DNA of 64,000 nt, taken from positions 36,505-100,504 of the IMG/VR virus record IMGVR_UViG_3300027668_000010; one strand, written 5' to 3'. The position numbers and the translations under genes are program-made. This document shows positions 18,112 through 27,561 of the stretch, piece after piece (the first letter of the stretch is position 1; each line of letters starts with the position of its first letter). The stretch comes from a virus. The notes below the pieces were generated by a model. It was not told the DNA's origin and did no database searches. It saw only the letters and a program-made list of their open reading frames with translations.

Positions 18112-19329
18112 ATGGATTTTTGGGATGCAGAGCCAGAGAAACCTAAATTTGATTTTGAGAAGCAGAAGAGTGAGTTAATCCAAAATATGGATTATCTCGC
18201 TACCATGTCTGTTCAAGAGCAAGTTTTGTATAAGAAGTGGGTAGAATTACAGGATGTTAAAATGATTAGGGATAAATCTCAAATCGCAGCAATGTATGAT
18301 ACTCAATGGGCTCCAACTGATATTAACAATTTGGAGCAAACTATTAAAGAGATTGAAGAGTTAGAACCTTATGTTGAAATTTTGGAAGATACTAAAGATG
18401 CAGCTAAATGGACATATGCTAGACGTATGATTCATTCTATGGATTTTACTGCTAATCCCGGCCGCAATGTTAAAATCAATGTTAAAGATAAAACGAGTGG
18501 TAAACTCTTAGGACAAATATCATTAGCATCAGATGTAACATCAATGGCAGTTAGAGATAACTACATTGGTTGGACTAAGGATGATAAGTTTAAGAAAGGA
18601 AAGCTAAACCATACTACAATTGCATCAACTATTGTTTGTACACAACCGTTAGGTTATAATTTCTTAGGTGGAAAGCTCGTTGCTATGATGACAACAGTTC
18701 CGGACGTAAGAGAATTTTGGAAGAAAAAGTATGGACAGACTTTGGTAGGTGTTGGTACAACTTCATTATATGGGATTCATTCTCAATATAATGGAATTCC
18801 TCACTTTAAAACATTGGGTGAATCAGCAGGAAAGATTTCTCTGAAACCTGATGATAAGTTCTACGAACCTTGGCATCAGCATATTAAAGAAGAACATGCC
18901 GAATGGTATGAAACCGCAATCACTAATGAACGAATTCGTAATGGTGCTAGTATGGGTACTGGTGAAGGTGCTAGTGGACCTGTAAGTGGTATCAAACAAA
19001 AGATTCTTGGAAAGATTTTCAAAGAATGTGGTATCAAACAATCAGCTTACCACCACGGATTCCACAGGGGAGTTTATTTGGCAATGATGTACGATAATGG
19101 ACAAGCATTCTTACGAGATGAAATTGAAGAATCTGAATTGGTGATGAAAAAGAAGTTTGAGGATGGAGTTCCTTATATTAATAATTGGTGGAAGAAGAAA
19201 GCCATCAAACGTTACACTAAATTACACTCAGAGGGTAGGTTAAAGCCTGAGCATTTATTTTATTTGGAAGCAATTGGAATGAGTTGGGAAAAGATGAAGG
19301 AAACTTACTTAAAAGAAATAGGAAGATAA
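18112..19329 (+). CDS. DUF4338 (DruA-like) protein
   Basis: PGR, LG.ISLASD, RDNYIGW, QPLGYNFLGGKL, W..KYG, TTSLYG..SQYN, LGESAG. Confidence 0.72.
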   Translation: MDFWDAEPEKPKFDFEKQKSELIQNMDYLATMSVQEQVLYKKWVELQDVKMIRDKSQIAAMYDTQWAPTDINNLEQTIKEIEELEPYVEILEDTKDAAKWTYARRMIHSMDFTANPGRNVKINVKDKTSGKLLGQISLASDVTSMAVRDNYIGWTKDDKFKKGKLNHTTIASTIVCTQPLGYNFLGGKLVAMMTTVPDVREFWKKKYGQTLVGVGTTSLYGIHSQYNGIPHFKTLGESAGKISLKPDDKFYEPWHQHIKEEHAEWYETAITNERIRNGASMGTGEGASGPVSGIKQKILGKIFKECGIKQSAYHHGFHRGVYLAMMYDNGQAFLRDEIEESELVMKKKFEDGVPYINNWWKKKAIKRYTKLHSEGRLKPEHLFYLEAIGMSWEKMKETYLKEIGR

Positions 19330-19339
19330 AATTACAAAT

Positions 19340-20272
19340 ATGATTAAAAAAGAAAAGCACTCACTATGGGTGGAACGGTATAGGCCGGATTCAATGGATG
19401 GGTATGTTGGTAATCAGCATATCATAGAGAAAGTAAAGATTTACATTGAGAGTAATGATGTACCCCATTTGTTACTATACGGACAAGCTGGTACAGGTAA
19501 AACAACTCTTGCTAAAATCATTACAAACCAAATCGATTGTGATTTGATGTATATTAACGCATCTGATGAAAACTCAGTTGATGCAGTTCGTGATAAGATT
19601 CGTGGATTTGCATCATCAATGGGATTCAAAGAGTGGAAGATTGTAATACTTGATGAAGCAGATTACCTAACACCAAACGCACAAGCAGCTCTCCGTAACC
19701 TGATGGAAACGTTCTCCAGAACGACAAGATTCATTTTGACTTGTAACTATGTAGAGAAAGTGATTGACCCTATCCAAAGTAGATGTCAAACATTTGGGAT
19801 TACACCACCATCTAAAAAGGAAGTAGCTATGAGATTGAAACAAATCTTAGATACCGAAGAGGTGAAGTATGAAATGTCTGACTTAGCAATCTTAGTGAAT
19901 AGTGGATACCCTGATATTCGTAGAGTTTTAAACGCAGCTCAACGACAAGTAGTAGGTAATGAATTAAAGATTGATAAAACATCAGCTATTCAGGCCAACT
20001 ATATGGATGAGGTACTTACTGTATTACAATCAAATGGTAGTGTTAAAGATTCTTTTACTAACGTAAGAAAGATTATAGCTGATTCAAAGGTAAGAGATTT
20101 TACACCATTTTACAGATTTTTGTATGATGAAGTAGATAACTATGCAAATGGTAAGATTGGTAGTACAATTTTAAATATAGCAGATGCTCAATATAAGGAT
20201 TCTCAATGTGTAGATAAAGAAATATCTGTGATGGCTATGTTGTTAGAAATAATAACTGACATTAGAAAATAA
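19340..20272 (+). CDS. clamp loader ATPase subunit (gp44/RFC-like)
   Basis: WVERYRP, GQAGTGKTT, INASD, LDEAD, SRC. Confidence 0.93.
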   Translation: MIKKEKHSLWVERYRPDSMDGYVGNQHIIEKVKIYIESNDVPHLLLYGQAGTGKTTLAKIITNQIDCDLMYINASDENSVDAVRDKIRGFASSMGFKEWKIVILDEADYLTPNAQAALRNLMETFSRTTRFILTCNYVEKVIDPIQSRCQTFGITPPSKKEVAMRLKQILDTEEVKYEMSDLAILVNSGYPDIRRVLNAAQRQVVGNELKIDKTSAIQANYMDEVLTVLQSNGSVKDSFTNVRKIIADSKVRDFTPFYRFLYDEVDNYANGKIGSTILNIADAQYKDSQCVDKEISVMAMLLEIITDIRK

Positions 20273-20283
20273 AAGTAAATAAA

Positions 20284-20315
20284 TTAGGATATATGGAAAA
20301 GAATTCGTATATTTG
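20284..20315 (+). promoter_or_regulatory. Bacteroidota-type promoter
   Basis: ttagg...cgtatatttg. Confidence 0.7.
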
Positions 20316-20364
20316 TGTAAACAATAAGTAAATTAAATTAGTAACAATAAACAAAAGTAGTATT

Positions 20365-20535
20365 ATGACAAATTCAAATGAAATTTTCGAATCAATTAAA
20401 GAATTATATACAGAGTTCGAAGCAGAGCACAACGGTACAACAAAAGCATCTAAAAGTAGAGCTAGAAAAGCTATCGGAGAAATCAAAAAGTTAGTAACTG
20501 AGTACAGAAAACTATCAGTAGAAGAATCTAAGTAA
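20365..20535 (+). CDS. histone H1-like (Hc1-type) small basic protein, 56 aa, absent from ORF track
   Basis: ...KASKSRARKAIGEIKKLVTEYRKLSVEE; own promoter. Confidence 0.7.
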   Translation: MTNSNEIFESIKELYTEFEAEHNGTTKASKSRARKAIGEIKKLVTEYRKLSVEESK

Positions 20536-20537
20536 TT

Positions 20538-20798
20538 ATGGCAAAGAAAAGTGGAAAGGTGATTGGTATGAACCAACCGCCACCTGCACCTAAAATGCAG
20601 TTAGACCCAACAAAGTTGGACACCGTTCGTTGTGAAGAATGTGATGGTATATTCTTCAATGAGGTAACGATGTACAAAGTAGTTCCTGCAGTACAAGCAC
20701 CTAATGGTCAGAAATCAATGTTACCTATTCCGGTACAACGATGTGCTGATTGTGGTAATGTATCAGAACAATTTTTACCAAAAGAGTTATTACCTTAA
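20538..20798 (+). CDS. zinc-ribbon protein
   Basis: CEEC...CADCG. Confidence 0.7.
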   Translation: MAKKSGKVIGMNQPPPAPKMQLDPTKLDTVRCEECDGIFFNEVTMYKVVPAVQAPNGQKSMLPIPVQRCADCGNVSEQFLPKELLP

Positions 20799-21253
20799 TG
20801 GCGAAAAAAGCAAGTACAGGTATAAAAGCAAAATCCATATTCGACCACCTTTCGGGAATTAAAGAAAAGAAAACATCTTGGGAATCTTTAACAGATATGG
20901 ACAAGAAATCATTCAGCCCCTTTATAATCAACCGATGGTTAAGTATGAATATGGATTTGCTGCCTATTGTTAATATTCTCCAAAAGTACACAATCGGACT
21001 TCTATCTGCTAGAGATACCTACAAAGTATATTTAGATTTCCTACCTAATAAGAAAACGTTTGATAAATATATCAAAGGTAAATCTGATGGGAAATATAAT
21101 AAAGATATGTTAAAGTATCTATCTACTTGGTATGGTGTTTCTCAGAGAGAGGTTATCGATTATATGGAGCTCCTACCGAAGCAGGAGGTTTTGGATATAT
21201 TAATGAAATACGGGTTAACAGATAAAGAAGCTAAAAAACTATTAAAAAAATGA
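20798..21253 (+). CDS. clamp loader small subunit (gp62-like)
   Basis: FSPFIINRWLS, WYGVSQREVIDY; context. Confidence 0.7.
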   Translation: MAKKASTGIKAKSIFDHLSGIKEKKTSWESLTDMDKKSFSPFIINRWLSMNMDLLPIVNILQKYTIGLLSARDTYKVYLDFLPNKKTFDKYIKGKSDGKYNKDMLKYLSTWYGVSQREVIDYMELLPKQEVLDILMKYGLTDKEAKKLLKK

Positions 21254-21516
21254 TGAGAAATAAAAACGTATTAGTAGATATGCTGAGAACATCAGCAATG
21301 GCTGATAAAGCAAAAGCACTACTTTCATTAGATTTGTTGGAACATCGAGCCGTAGGGATTGGTGACCATTCAACTGATGATTTCTATAAAAACGCGGAGG
21401 AAGCTCTTATGTTATTGGTAGATGCAGATGATAGATTAACGGCATTGGATAAGTATTTTAATCCAAATACAATTTCCAACGATAGTAATGAAAGTAAAAC
21501 TTGGTTAAATGGATAA
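21250..21516 (+). CDS. hypothetical protein
   Basis: VGIGDHS motif, coupled ORF. Confidence 0.65.
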   Translation: MMRNKNVLVDMLRTSAMADKAKALLSLDLLEHRAVGIGDHSTDDFYKNAEEALMLLVDADDRLTALDKYFNPNTISNDSNESKTWLNG

Positions 21517-21946
21517 TATTATATTAAAATTGGAGAATATTAAAGAATCAAAATCGAAAGTAGTTCATAGAGGTGAGAGAGAATACAAAGCCAATATGGG
21601 TGATAAAACCCTAACTGCAATCCAACATTGTGAAGAAACATATCCTATAATGATGGAAGAGTACAAACGTATTATGTGGGACCAATATGAAACGTTTTGT
21701 AAGAAACAAAAAAATTATGGGCCGGGTAACATATCAGTAGGTACTCCCTTAGAAACGAAGGATGATATTAAATTATCATTAACTGGATTGTGGTTTAGAA
21801 TGAATGATAAAATTCAAAGACTAAAACAATTAGTTGTATTAGGACATGATGATGAAGTAGGTGAATCTGTGCAAGATACATTTCAAGACTTATCGGTATA
21901 TGGAATCATAGCTCAAATTGTTCAAAATAAAAAGTGGGGAAAGTAA
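21509..21946 (+). CDS. DUF1599 / nucleotide-modification-associated domain protein
   Basis: KKQKNYG, RMNDKIQRL, ESVQDTFQDLSVY. Confidence 0.72.
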   Translation: MDNIILKLENIKESKSKVVHRGEREYKANMGDKTLTAIQHCEETYPIMMEEYKRIMWDQYETFCKKQKNYGPGNISVGTPLETKDDIKLSLTGLWFRMNDKIQRLKQLVVLGHDDEVGESVQDTFQDLSVYGIIAQIVQNKKWGK

Positions 21947-21947
21947 T

Positions 21948-22532
21948 ATGAAAAACTTATTAACATTAGTAGTATGTATATTGTTTACATACATAGGGTT
22001 TGGACAGAAAACAAAAACAATAGAAACTGATATATTTAAAATAGTATATTCAGAAAAGTATCAACAACCCCTTTCAGTAGAGTATGAGGTTCAATGTCCT
22101 AATGGGGATGCGAGTAGGAAGGGTATGAATTTCTATGGAGTTGATTCTGTAATAACATCAAACAACGCTGATTATAAAAACAATGTATGGGATAAAGGTC
22201 ATATGGCACCTGCAGCTGCATTCAATTGTAATACACAACTATTAAGAGAAACATTCAGTTATCTTAATTGTGCACTACAACATCAAGGTTTAAATAGAGG
22301 CCCATGGAAAGAATTGGAAGCGTTTGAGAGAAGCTTAGCAAAAGTACATTCATTAGTTATTGTAATTATTACAATTCATTTTGATGATGAGATGGGGTTA
22401 CTCCCAACTGATGCGAGAGTACCTACTGGATTTACAAAGAAAATATTCACAGGCTCTTCTGATTCACTCGTATTCCATTTTCCTAATAGTAATGTAGCCG
22501 GTGTAAATTGGTTGGAATTTCAAATAGATTAA
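21948..22532 (+). CDS. DNA/RNA non-specific endonuclease (NucA-like) with signal peptide
   Basis: DKGHMAPA, TFSYLN, Q..LNRGPW..LE; hydrophobic N-terminus. Confidence 0.85.
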   Translation: MKNLLTLVVCILFTYIGFGQKTKTIETDIFKIVYSEKYQQPLSVEYEVQCPNGDASRKGMNFYGVDSVITSNNADYKNNVWDKGHMAPAAAFNCNTQLLRETFSYLNCALQHQGLNRGPWKELEAFERSLAKVHSLVIVIITIHFDDEMGLLPTDARVPTGFTKKIFTGSSDSLVFHFPNSNVAGVNWLEFQID

Positions 22533-22551
22533 AAATATAATTGTTCATAAC

Positions 22552-22608
22552 TTAACAATTTGTTAACATTAAAAGCTTGGTAATACCAGGCTTTTTTTGT
22601 ATATTTAC
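22552..22608 (+). promoter_or_regulatory. TTAACA-N5-TTAACA box plus terminator-like hairpin overlapping a promoter
   Basis: 22563-22608 repeated at 52836-52881 (46 bp, 1 mismatch). Confidence 0.7.
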
Positions 22609-22647
22609 ATAGTAAGAAAGTTAAGAAATACTTAAACAATTAAAACT

Positions 22648-22866
22648 ATGAGTGAATTATATCAAGTAATTAGAACAACTGAGGGGTATGAAGAACATAC
22701 AACCGATTTATCACATACTGATGCTGTGGAGTTAGTAACAGAATTAGAATCGTGTTTTGAAGGTGAACAATATGAAGTACACCCACAGATGGAAGCAACA
22801 CCTGAGCGTGAGTATAGAACTATACCACATGGAGCAGCTGATGGTTGGGAAGATTTAAATTACTAA
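22648..22866 (+). CDS. small acidic hypothetical protein
   Basis: 72 aa ORF with own promoter. Confidence 0.65.
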   Translation: MSELYQVIRTTEGYEEHTTDLSHTDAVELVTELESCFEGEQYEVHPQMEATPEREYRTIPHGAADGWEDLNY

Positions 22867-22870
22867 AAGT

Positions 22871-22902
22871 TTGGTAGTTCCAATAATAATTTGTATATTT
22901 AC
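22871..22902 (+). promoter_or_regulatory. Bacteroidota-type promoter
   Basis: tttgg...ttgtatatttac. Confidence 0.65.
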
Positions 22903-22905
22903 ACT

Positions 22906-23853
22906 ATGAAAGAATCAAAGATAAGTAATGTGTTTACATTTGGGGTGAAAGAACCTAATGAGGGTGATGTTACGGTATCATATTCGCAATACACGCAATA
23001 TGCGAATTGCCCACATCAATGGAAGTTGAATTATATGGATGGTAATCGTTCATTCGACCCATCAATCCATTTGGTATTTGGCACTGCAATGCACGAAACC
23101 TTACAAAGTTGGTTAGATACATTGTATAATAACTCAATTGAGGATGCATCTAAAATCGATTTAGGTAAGATGTTATACGAATGTATGTTAGTTGAATACA
23201 AAAAGATGAGAGAACAGACTGGAGTAGAATTCAGTAACGCATCTCAGATGGAAGAGTTCTTAGAGGATGGTATCGCCATACTTGATGAAGTTACTAAGAA
23301 TAGAGTTGATTACTTCAATACTCGTCATATGAACTTAGTAGCTATTGAATTACCAATATACCAAAAAGCAATGGAATCTCACAATGTTTATATGAGGGGG
23401 TTCTTAGATTTGGTATTCGAAGATACATACGAAAACAAACTACAGATTTGGGATATCAAAACATCTACGATGGGTTGGAACAAATGGCAGAAAGCTGATA
23501 AAACTAAAACAGCACAATTGGTGTTGTATAAGAAGTTCTTATCAGAACAATTCGGATATCCATTAGATAGAATTAGTACAAAGTATTTTATAGTAAAACG
23601 TAAGTTGATGGAAGGAATGATGTTTGCTCAGAAGAGAGTTCAAACATTCGAACCCGCAAACGGTAAACCGACACTAAATAAGATTACTAAGAGTTTTGAG
23701 GATTTCGTTAGAAATTCGTTCAATGAGGATGGTTCATATAGAACCAAATCGGAGTATCCTGCTATGGCAGGTAAGAACGGAAAATCATGCAAATACTGTC
23801 CATTTAAAACTGACTACGAAAAGTGTCCGAAGGAGAATAGACATCGAGTTTAA
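22906..23853 (+). CDS. PD-(D/E)XK exonuclease (RecB/AddB/Cas4-like, Cys cluster)
   Basis: SYSQ...CP, FGTAMHE, GFLDL, WDIKT, QL.LY, CKYCPF...C. Confidence 0.85.
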   Translation: MKESKISNVFTFGVKEPNEGDVTVSYSQYTQYANCPHQWKLNYMDGNRSFDPSIHLVFGTAMHETLQSWLDTLYNNSIEDASKIDLGKMLYECMLVEYKKMREQTGVEFSNASQMEEFLEDGIAILDEVTKNRVDYFNTRHMNLVAIELPIYQKAMESHNVYMRGFLDLVFEDTYENKLQIWDIKTSTMGWNKWQKADKTKTAQLVLYKKFLSEQFGYPLDRISTKYFIVKRKLMEGMMFAQKRVQTFEPANGKPTLNKITKSFEDFVRNSFNEDGSYRTKSEYPAMAGKNGKSCKYCPFKTDYEKCPKENRHRV

Positions 23854-23873
23854 CAATAATTAAAAATTAAAAT

Positions 23874-24413
23874 ATGAAAAAGTTAATATTATTAACAATA
23901 CCCGTTATATTTGGATTAGGTAGTACAAACCCTCATATGGTGGAATCAGCAGATACATTAGAACTAACAAACGTTGAAATGAAGTTAGTTGAACCTGTAT
24001 TTGTAACCCCAATATATACCTTAGATGTTGAATCATTAATTGAAGCGATGATTTGGGTTGAAAGTAGAGGAAATGATTCCGCATATTGCAAAAGAGAAGA
24101 AGCGGTAGGGTGTTTACAAATACGACCTATTATGTTACGGGAATGTAATCGTATATTAGGTATTCAGAAATCTGAATTAGAATACGCATTAGAGGATAGG
24201 TGGAGTAGAGAGAAGTCGATTGAAATATTTCATATCGTAAATAGTTATCACAACAAAAATAATACATATGAAGCAATCGCACGGTCGTGGAATGGTGGGC
24301 CACAATGGATTAAAAAAAGTAATACAAAAAAATATTGGAGAAAAGTTAACCATCAACTCAAAAAACTCAAAAAAGAAAATGAATATAGTTCTAATAGGTT
24401 CGCCCAGCTATGA
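23874..24413 (+). CDS. lysozyme-like / transglycosylase with N-terminal hydrophobic segment
   Basis: IWVESRG, AVGCLQI, ARSWNGG. Confidence 0.7.
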   Translation: MKKLILLTIPVIFGLGSTNPHMVESADTLELTNVEMKLVEPVFVTPIYTLDVESLIEAMIWVESRGNDSAYCKREEAVGCLQIRPIMLRECNRILGIQKSELEYALEDRWSREKSIEIFHIVNSYHNKNNTYEAIARSWNGGPQWIKKSNTKKYWRKVNHQLKKLKKENEYSSNRFAQL

Positions 24414-24774
24414 AAACATCAGAAAGCTTAGAGATTTCCTGTTTACTATAAAGCAGAGGTTAGGTACGGATGTTAATATCATTACGCGGGGGAATAAAGA
24501 TGGATGTGAAAAGTACATTCGGAAATATGCAATTGAGTTTGGATTCCGATATACTGAATACAACCCAGCAAGTACCAACAGAAATCTATATAGTGGAATG
24601 AGTAAGGAGTATTATGATAAACCATTTCATCCTACACAAACATTACATCAGTATGATTGTATTGTAAAGCACGCTGATAAAATGTTTTACTTTGGTGGTA
24701 TAAAGCCATCCGAACAAAAGCACTTGGAGAGATTATTAAATAGATATAATAAAAAAGTAATGTATTTGGATTGA
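24379..24774 (+). CDS. SLOG-superfamily (YspA/DprA-like) protein
   Basis: IVLIGS, IITRGNKDG.EKY..KYA. Confidence 0.55.
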   Translation: MNIVLIGSPSYENIRKLRDFLFTIKQRLGTDVNIITRGNKDGCEKYIRKYAIEFGFRYTEYNPASTNRNLYSGMSKEYYDKPFHPTQTLHQYDCIVKHADKMFYFGGIKPSEQKHLERLLNRYNKKVMYLD

Positions 24775-24826
24775 TTAATTTCAATTACATATTTATAGTA
24801 AACATATAAAAACAAGTTATAAAACA

Positions 24827-26224
24827 ATGAGTACAGAAAAAAAGAAACGCAAGATATTATTGCTATCAGATGATATGAGACTCCATAGTGGAATCGCTAC
24901 AATGTCGAAGGAGATGGTTCTACATACAGTACACAAATACGATTGGATTCAAGTCGGAGCAGCTGTTAAACATCCTGATGCAGGAAAACTATTTGATGTA
25001 TCAGATTCAGTAGCAGCAGAAAGTGGTGTTAAGGATGCTAGTGTAAAGATTATCCCATTTAGTGGATATGGTAATCAAGAACTACTTAGACAATTAATAG
25101 CATCAGAACGACCCGATGCTATATTACACTTTACAGACCCGAGGTTTTGGGAGTGGTTGTATGCTATGGAAGATGAAGTTCGTAGACACTGCCCTATTAT
25201 GTATTATAATATATGGGATGATTTACCAGACCCACAATGGAACGCTCCGTTCTATGCAAGTTGTGATTTACTAATGGGTATTTCAAAACAAACGTATGGT
25301 ATTAACCATAGGGTATTAGAAAAGTTTGGTGAGAAGTATGAAGATTGGCAGATAAAGTATGTACCACATGGTGTATCAGAAAAGTTCAAACCAATTCCAA
25401 AAGATTCAGTTGATTTCGGTAAAGTAACTGAATTAAAAAAGAAGCTGAATATTTCAGATAAGAAGTTCGTTGTGTTATATAACAATAGAAACATCCGTAG
25501 AAAGAACCCAGGTGATGTAATATTAGCATATAAAGAAATGTGTGATAGCATGACCGTTGATGAAGCTAAGGATTGTGTTTTATTATTACATACAACACCC
25601 ATCGACTCTAATGGTACAGATATCCCTGCAGTAATTAAGGAATTATGTTCTGATTATGATGTGGTATTTACAAACGCTCAGTTCTCAACTGATGAATTGA
25701 ATGTATTATACAATATTGCTGATGTTACACTTAATATGGCATCCAATGAAGGATTCGGATTAGCAACTTGTGAATCAATGAAAGCAGGTACACCTATTAT
25801 AGTTAATGTAACAGGTGGTATGCAAGACCATTGTGGATTTACCAAAGATGGTAAGTTCATATCAGCTGATGATTATATAGAATTAGGGTCACTCCACAAC
25901 CACAAAAAACTTCCAGAGAATTTAGGATGGGGTAGATGGGTAAAGCCAATATGGCCTACAAATCGTTCATTACAAGGTTCTCCTATGACACCTTATATAT
26001 TTGATGATAGGTGTTCATACGAAGATGCTGGTAAAGCATTAAAGCAATGGTATGATATGAGTGAAGAGACTCGTATCGAATGTGGATTAGAAGGTTCGGA
26101 GTTCGCAAATTCAGAAGAAAGTGGAATGAGTGCAAGAAATATGGGAGCGAGATTTATCGATTCCATTGAAGGTACATTTAAAAATTGGTCACCAAGAAAC
26201 GAAATAAATTTATGGAAAATATAA
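24827..26224 (+). CDS. glycosyltransferase family 4
   Basis: YVPHGV, NRNIRRK, NEGFGL..ESMKAGTP. Confidence 0.88.
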   Translation: MSTEKKKRKILLLSDDMRLHSGIATMSKEMVLHTVHKYDWIQVGAAVKHPDAGKLFDVSDSVAAESGVKDASVKIIPFSGYGNQELLRQLIASERPDAILHFTDPRFWEWLYAMEDEVRRHCPIMYYNIWDDLPDPQWNAPFYASCDLLMGISKQTYGINHRVLEKFGEKYEDWQIKYVPHGVSEKFKPIPKDSVDFGKVTELKKKLNISDKKFVVLYNNRNIRRKNPGDVILAYKEMCDSMTVDEAKDCVLLLHTTPIDSNGTDIPAVIKELCSDYDVVFTNAQFSTDELNVLYNIADVTLNMASNEGFGLATCESMKAGTPIIVNVTGGMQDHCGFTKDGKFISADDYIELGSLHNHKKLPENLGWGRWVKPIWPTNRSLQGSPMTPYIFDDRCSYEDAGKALKQWYDMSEETRIECGLEGSEFANSEESGMSARNMGARFIDSIEGTFKNWSPRNEINLWKI

Positions 26225-27561
26225 AGAAGTTATGTGTAGTAAGTGCGCCCGTTGCAACCCGAAGTGGTTATGGTGCACGTAGTAGAGATTTTGTAAGAGG
26301 TCTTATCAAATCAAAACCAGATTGGGATATTAAAATCCTTTCTCAGAGATGGGGAGCAACTCCAATGGATGCACTTAAAGAAGGTGAAGATAGTGATTTA
26401 TTAAATAGAATCATATTGGAGAAAATGGATACTAAACCAAATGTATGGATTCAAATTACTGTACCAAATGAGTTTCAATCAGTTGGTGATTATAACATTG
26501 GTGTTACTGCAGGTGTAGAAACAACAGTTATGCCACCTGAATGTTTAGAGGGTATTAATCGTATGGATTTAACATTAGTATCATCCAATTTTACTAAGGA
26601 GGTAATAATGAGTTCTACCTTTGATAAGAAGGATAAAGATTCAGGTCAACAAATAGGCCAGTTGAAGCTTGAAAAGCCGGTTGAGGTTCTATTTGAAGGT
26701 ATCGATTTGGATATCTACAATGAAAAAGCAGCAACTGAACCTAGAATTGATAATGTTCTCAAAGATGTTACAGAGGAATTTGCGTTCCTATTTGTAGGAC
26801 ATTGGTTAAAGGGTGAATTCTTACAAGATAGAAAGAATGTAAGTGGTTTAATTTGGACATTCTTAAATCAGTTCAAAAATAAAAACAAAGTACCAGCATT
26901 AATTCTAAAAACATCATCAGGTTCTACTTCATTAGTAGATAGGGTTCATATTAAACAACAGATTGAACACATAAAGAATCATGTAAGAAAAGAAACGGGT
27001 GCAAAGAAATTACCTAATATATACCTACTACATTCAGATTTAACAGATGCGGAAATGAACGCATTATACAATCACCCAAAAGTTAAAGCCCATACTTCTT
27101 TTACGAGAGGTGAAGGATTTGGAAGACCTTTATTAGAAGCTACTATTAGTGGTAAACCAATGGTTGTTAGTGGTTGGAGTGGTCATATGGACTTTATGCA
27201 ACCAACATTTGTTAATGTAATTAGTGGTAAGTTAGACAACGTTCATAATACAGCTGCTGATAAGTTCCTTCTTAAAGAAGGGCAGTGGTTCACAATTGAT
27301 TATAGTGCCGCTGGTTCATATATGGAAGGTATTTTCAAAAATTACAAAACACATTTGGAATTATCAAGAAAACATCGTAAGTTTACAAAAGATAACTTTT
27401 CATTTGATAAGATGGTTGAATTAATGGGTACTCTAATAGATGAAACTAAGGTTGCCTCTAAACCACAGACTGTTGGTTTACAGTTACCTAAGTTGAAAAA
27501 AGTAGGAAGTACTACGGAGACACCTAAGTTAACCCTACCTACATTGAAAAGAGCTAAATAA
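26212..27561 (+). CDS. glycosyltransferase family 4
   Basis: SGYG, DRKN, GEGFGRPLLEA, SGHMDF. Confidence 0.85.
   Translation: MENIKKLCVVSAPVATRSGYGARSRDFVRGLIKSKPDWDIKILSQRWGATPMDALKEGEDSDLLNRIILEKMDTKPNVWIQITVPNEFQSVGDYNIGVTAGVETTVMPPECLEGINRMDLTLVSSNFTKEVIMSSTFDKKDKDSGQQIGQLKLEKPVEVLFEGIDLDIYNEKAATEPRIDNVLKDVTEEFAFLFVGHWLKGEFLQDRKNVSGLIWTFLNQFKNKNKVPALILKTSSGSTSLVDRVHIKQQIEHIKNHVRKETGAKKLPNIYLLHSDLTDAEMNALYNHPKVKAHTSFTRGEGFGRPLLEATISGKPMVVSGWSGHMDFMQPTFVNVISGKLDNVHNTAADKFLLKEGQWFTIDYSAAGSYMEGIFKNYKTHLELSRKHRKFTKDNFSFDKMVELMGTLIDETKVASKPQTVGLQLPKLKKVGSTTETPKLTLPTLKRAK

Noticed and set aside
18112-19329. Complete Druantia defence system
   Set aside because: Only a DruA-like gene is present; its neighbours are the clamp and clamp loader.
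14692-22552. ttgttaataact (14692) and ttgttcataact (22541) as DnaA boxes or an origin
   Set aside because: Only two isolated, mismatched copies in AT-rich DNA.
22906-23853. Cas4 of a CRISPR-Cas locus
   Set aside because: No cas1/cas2 or array; stand-alone PD-(D/E)XK exonucleases are common in phages.
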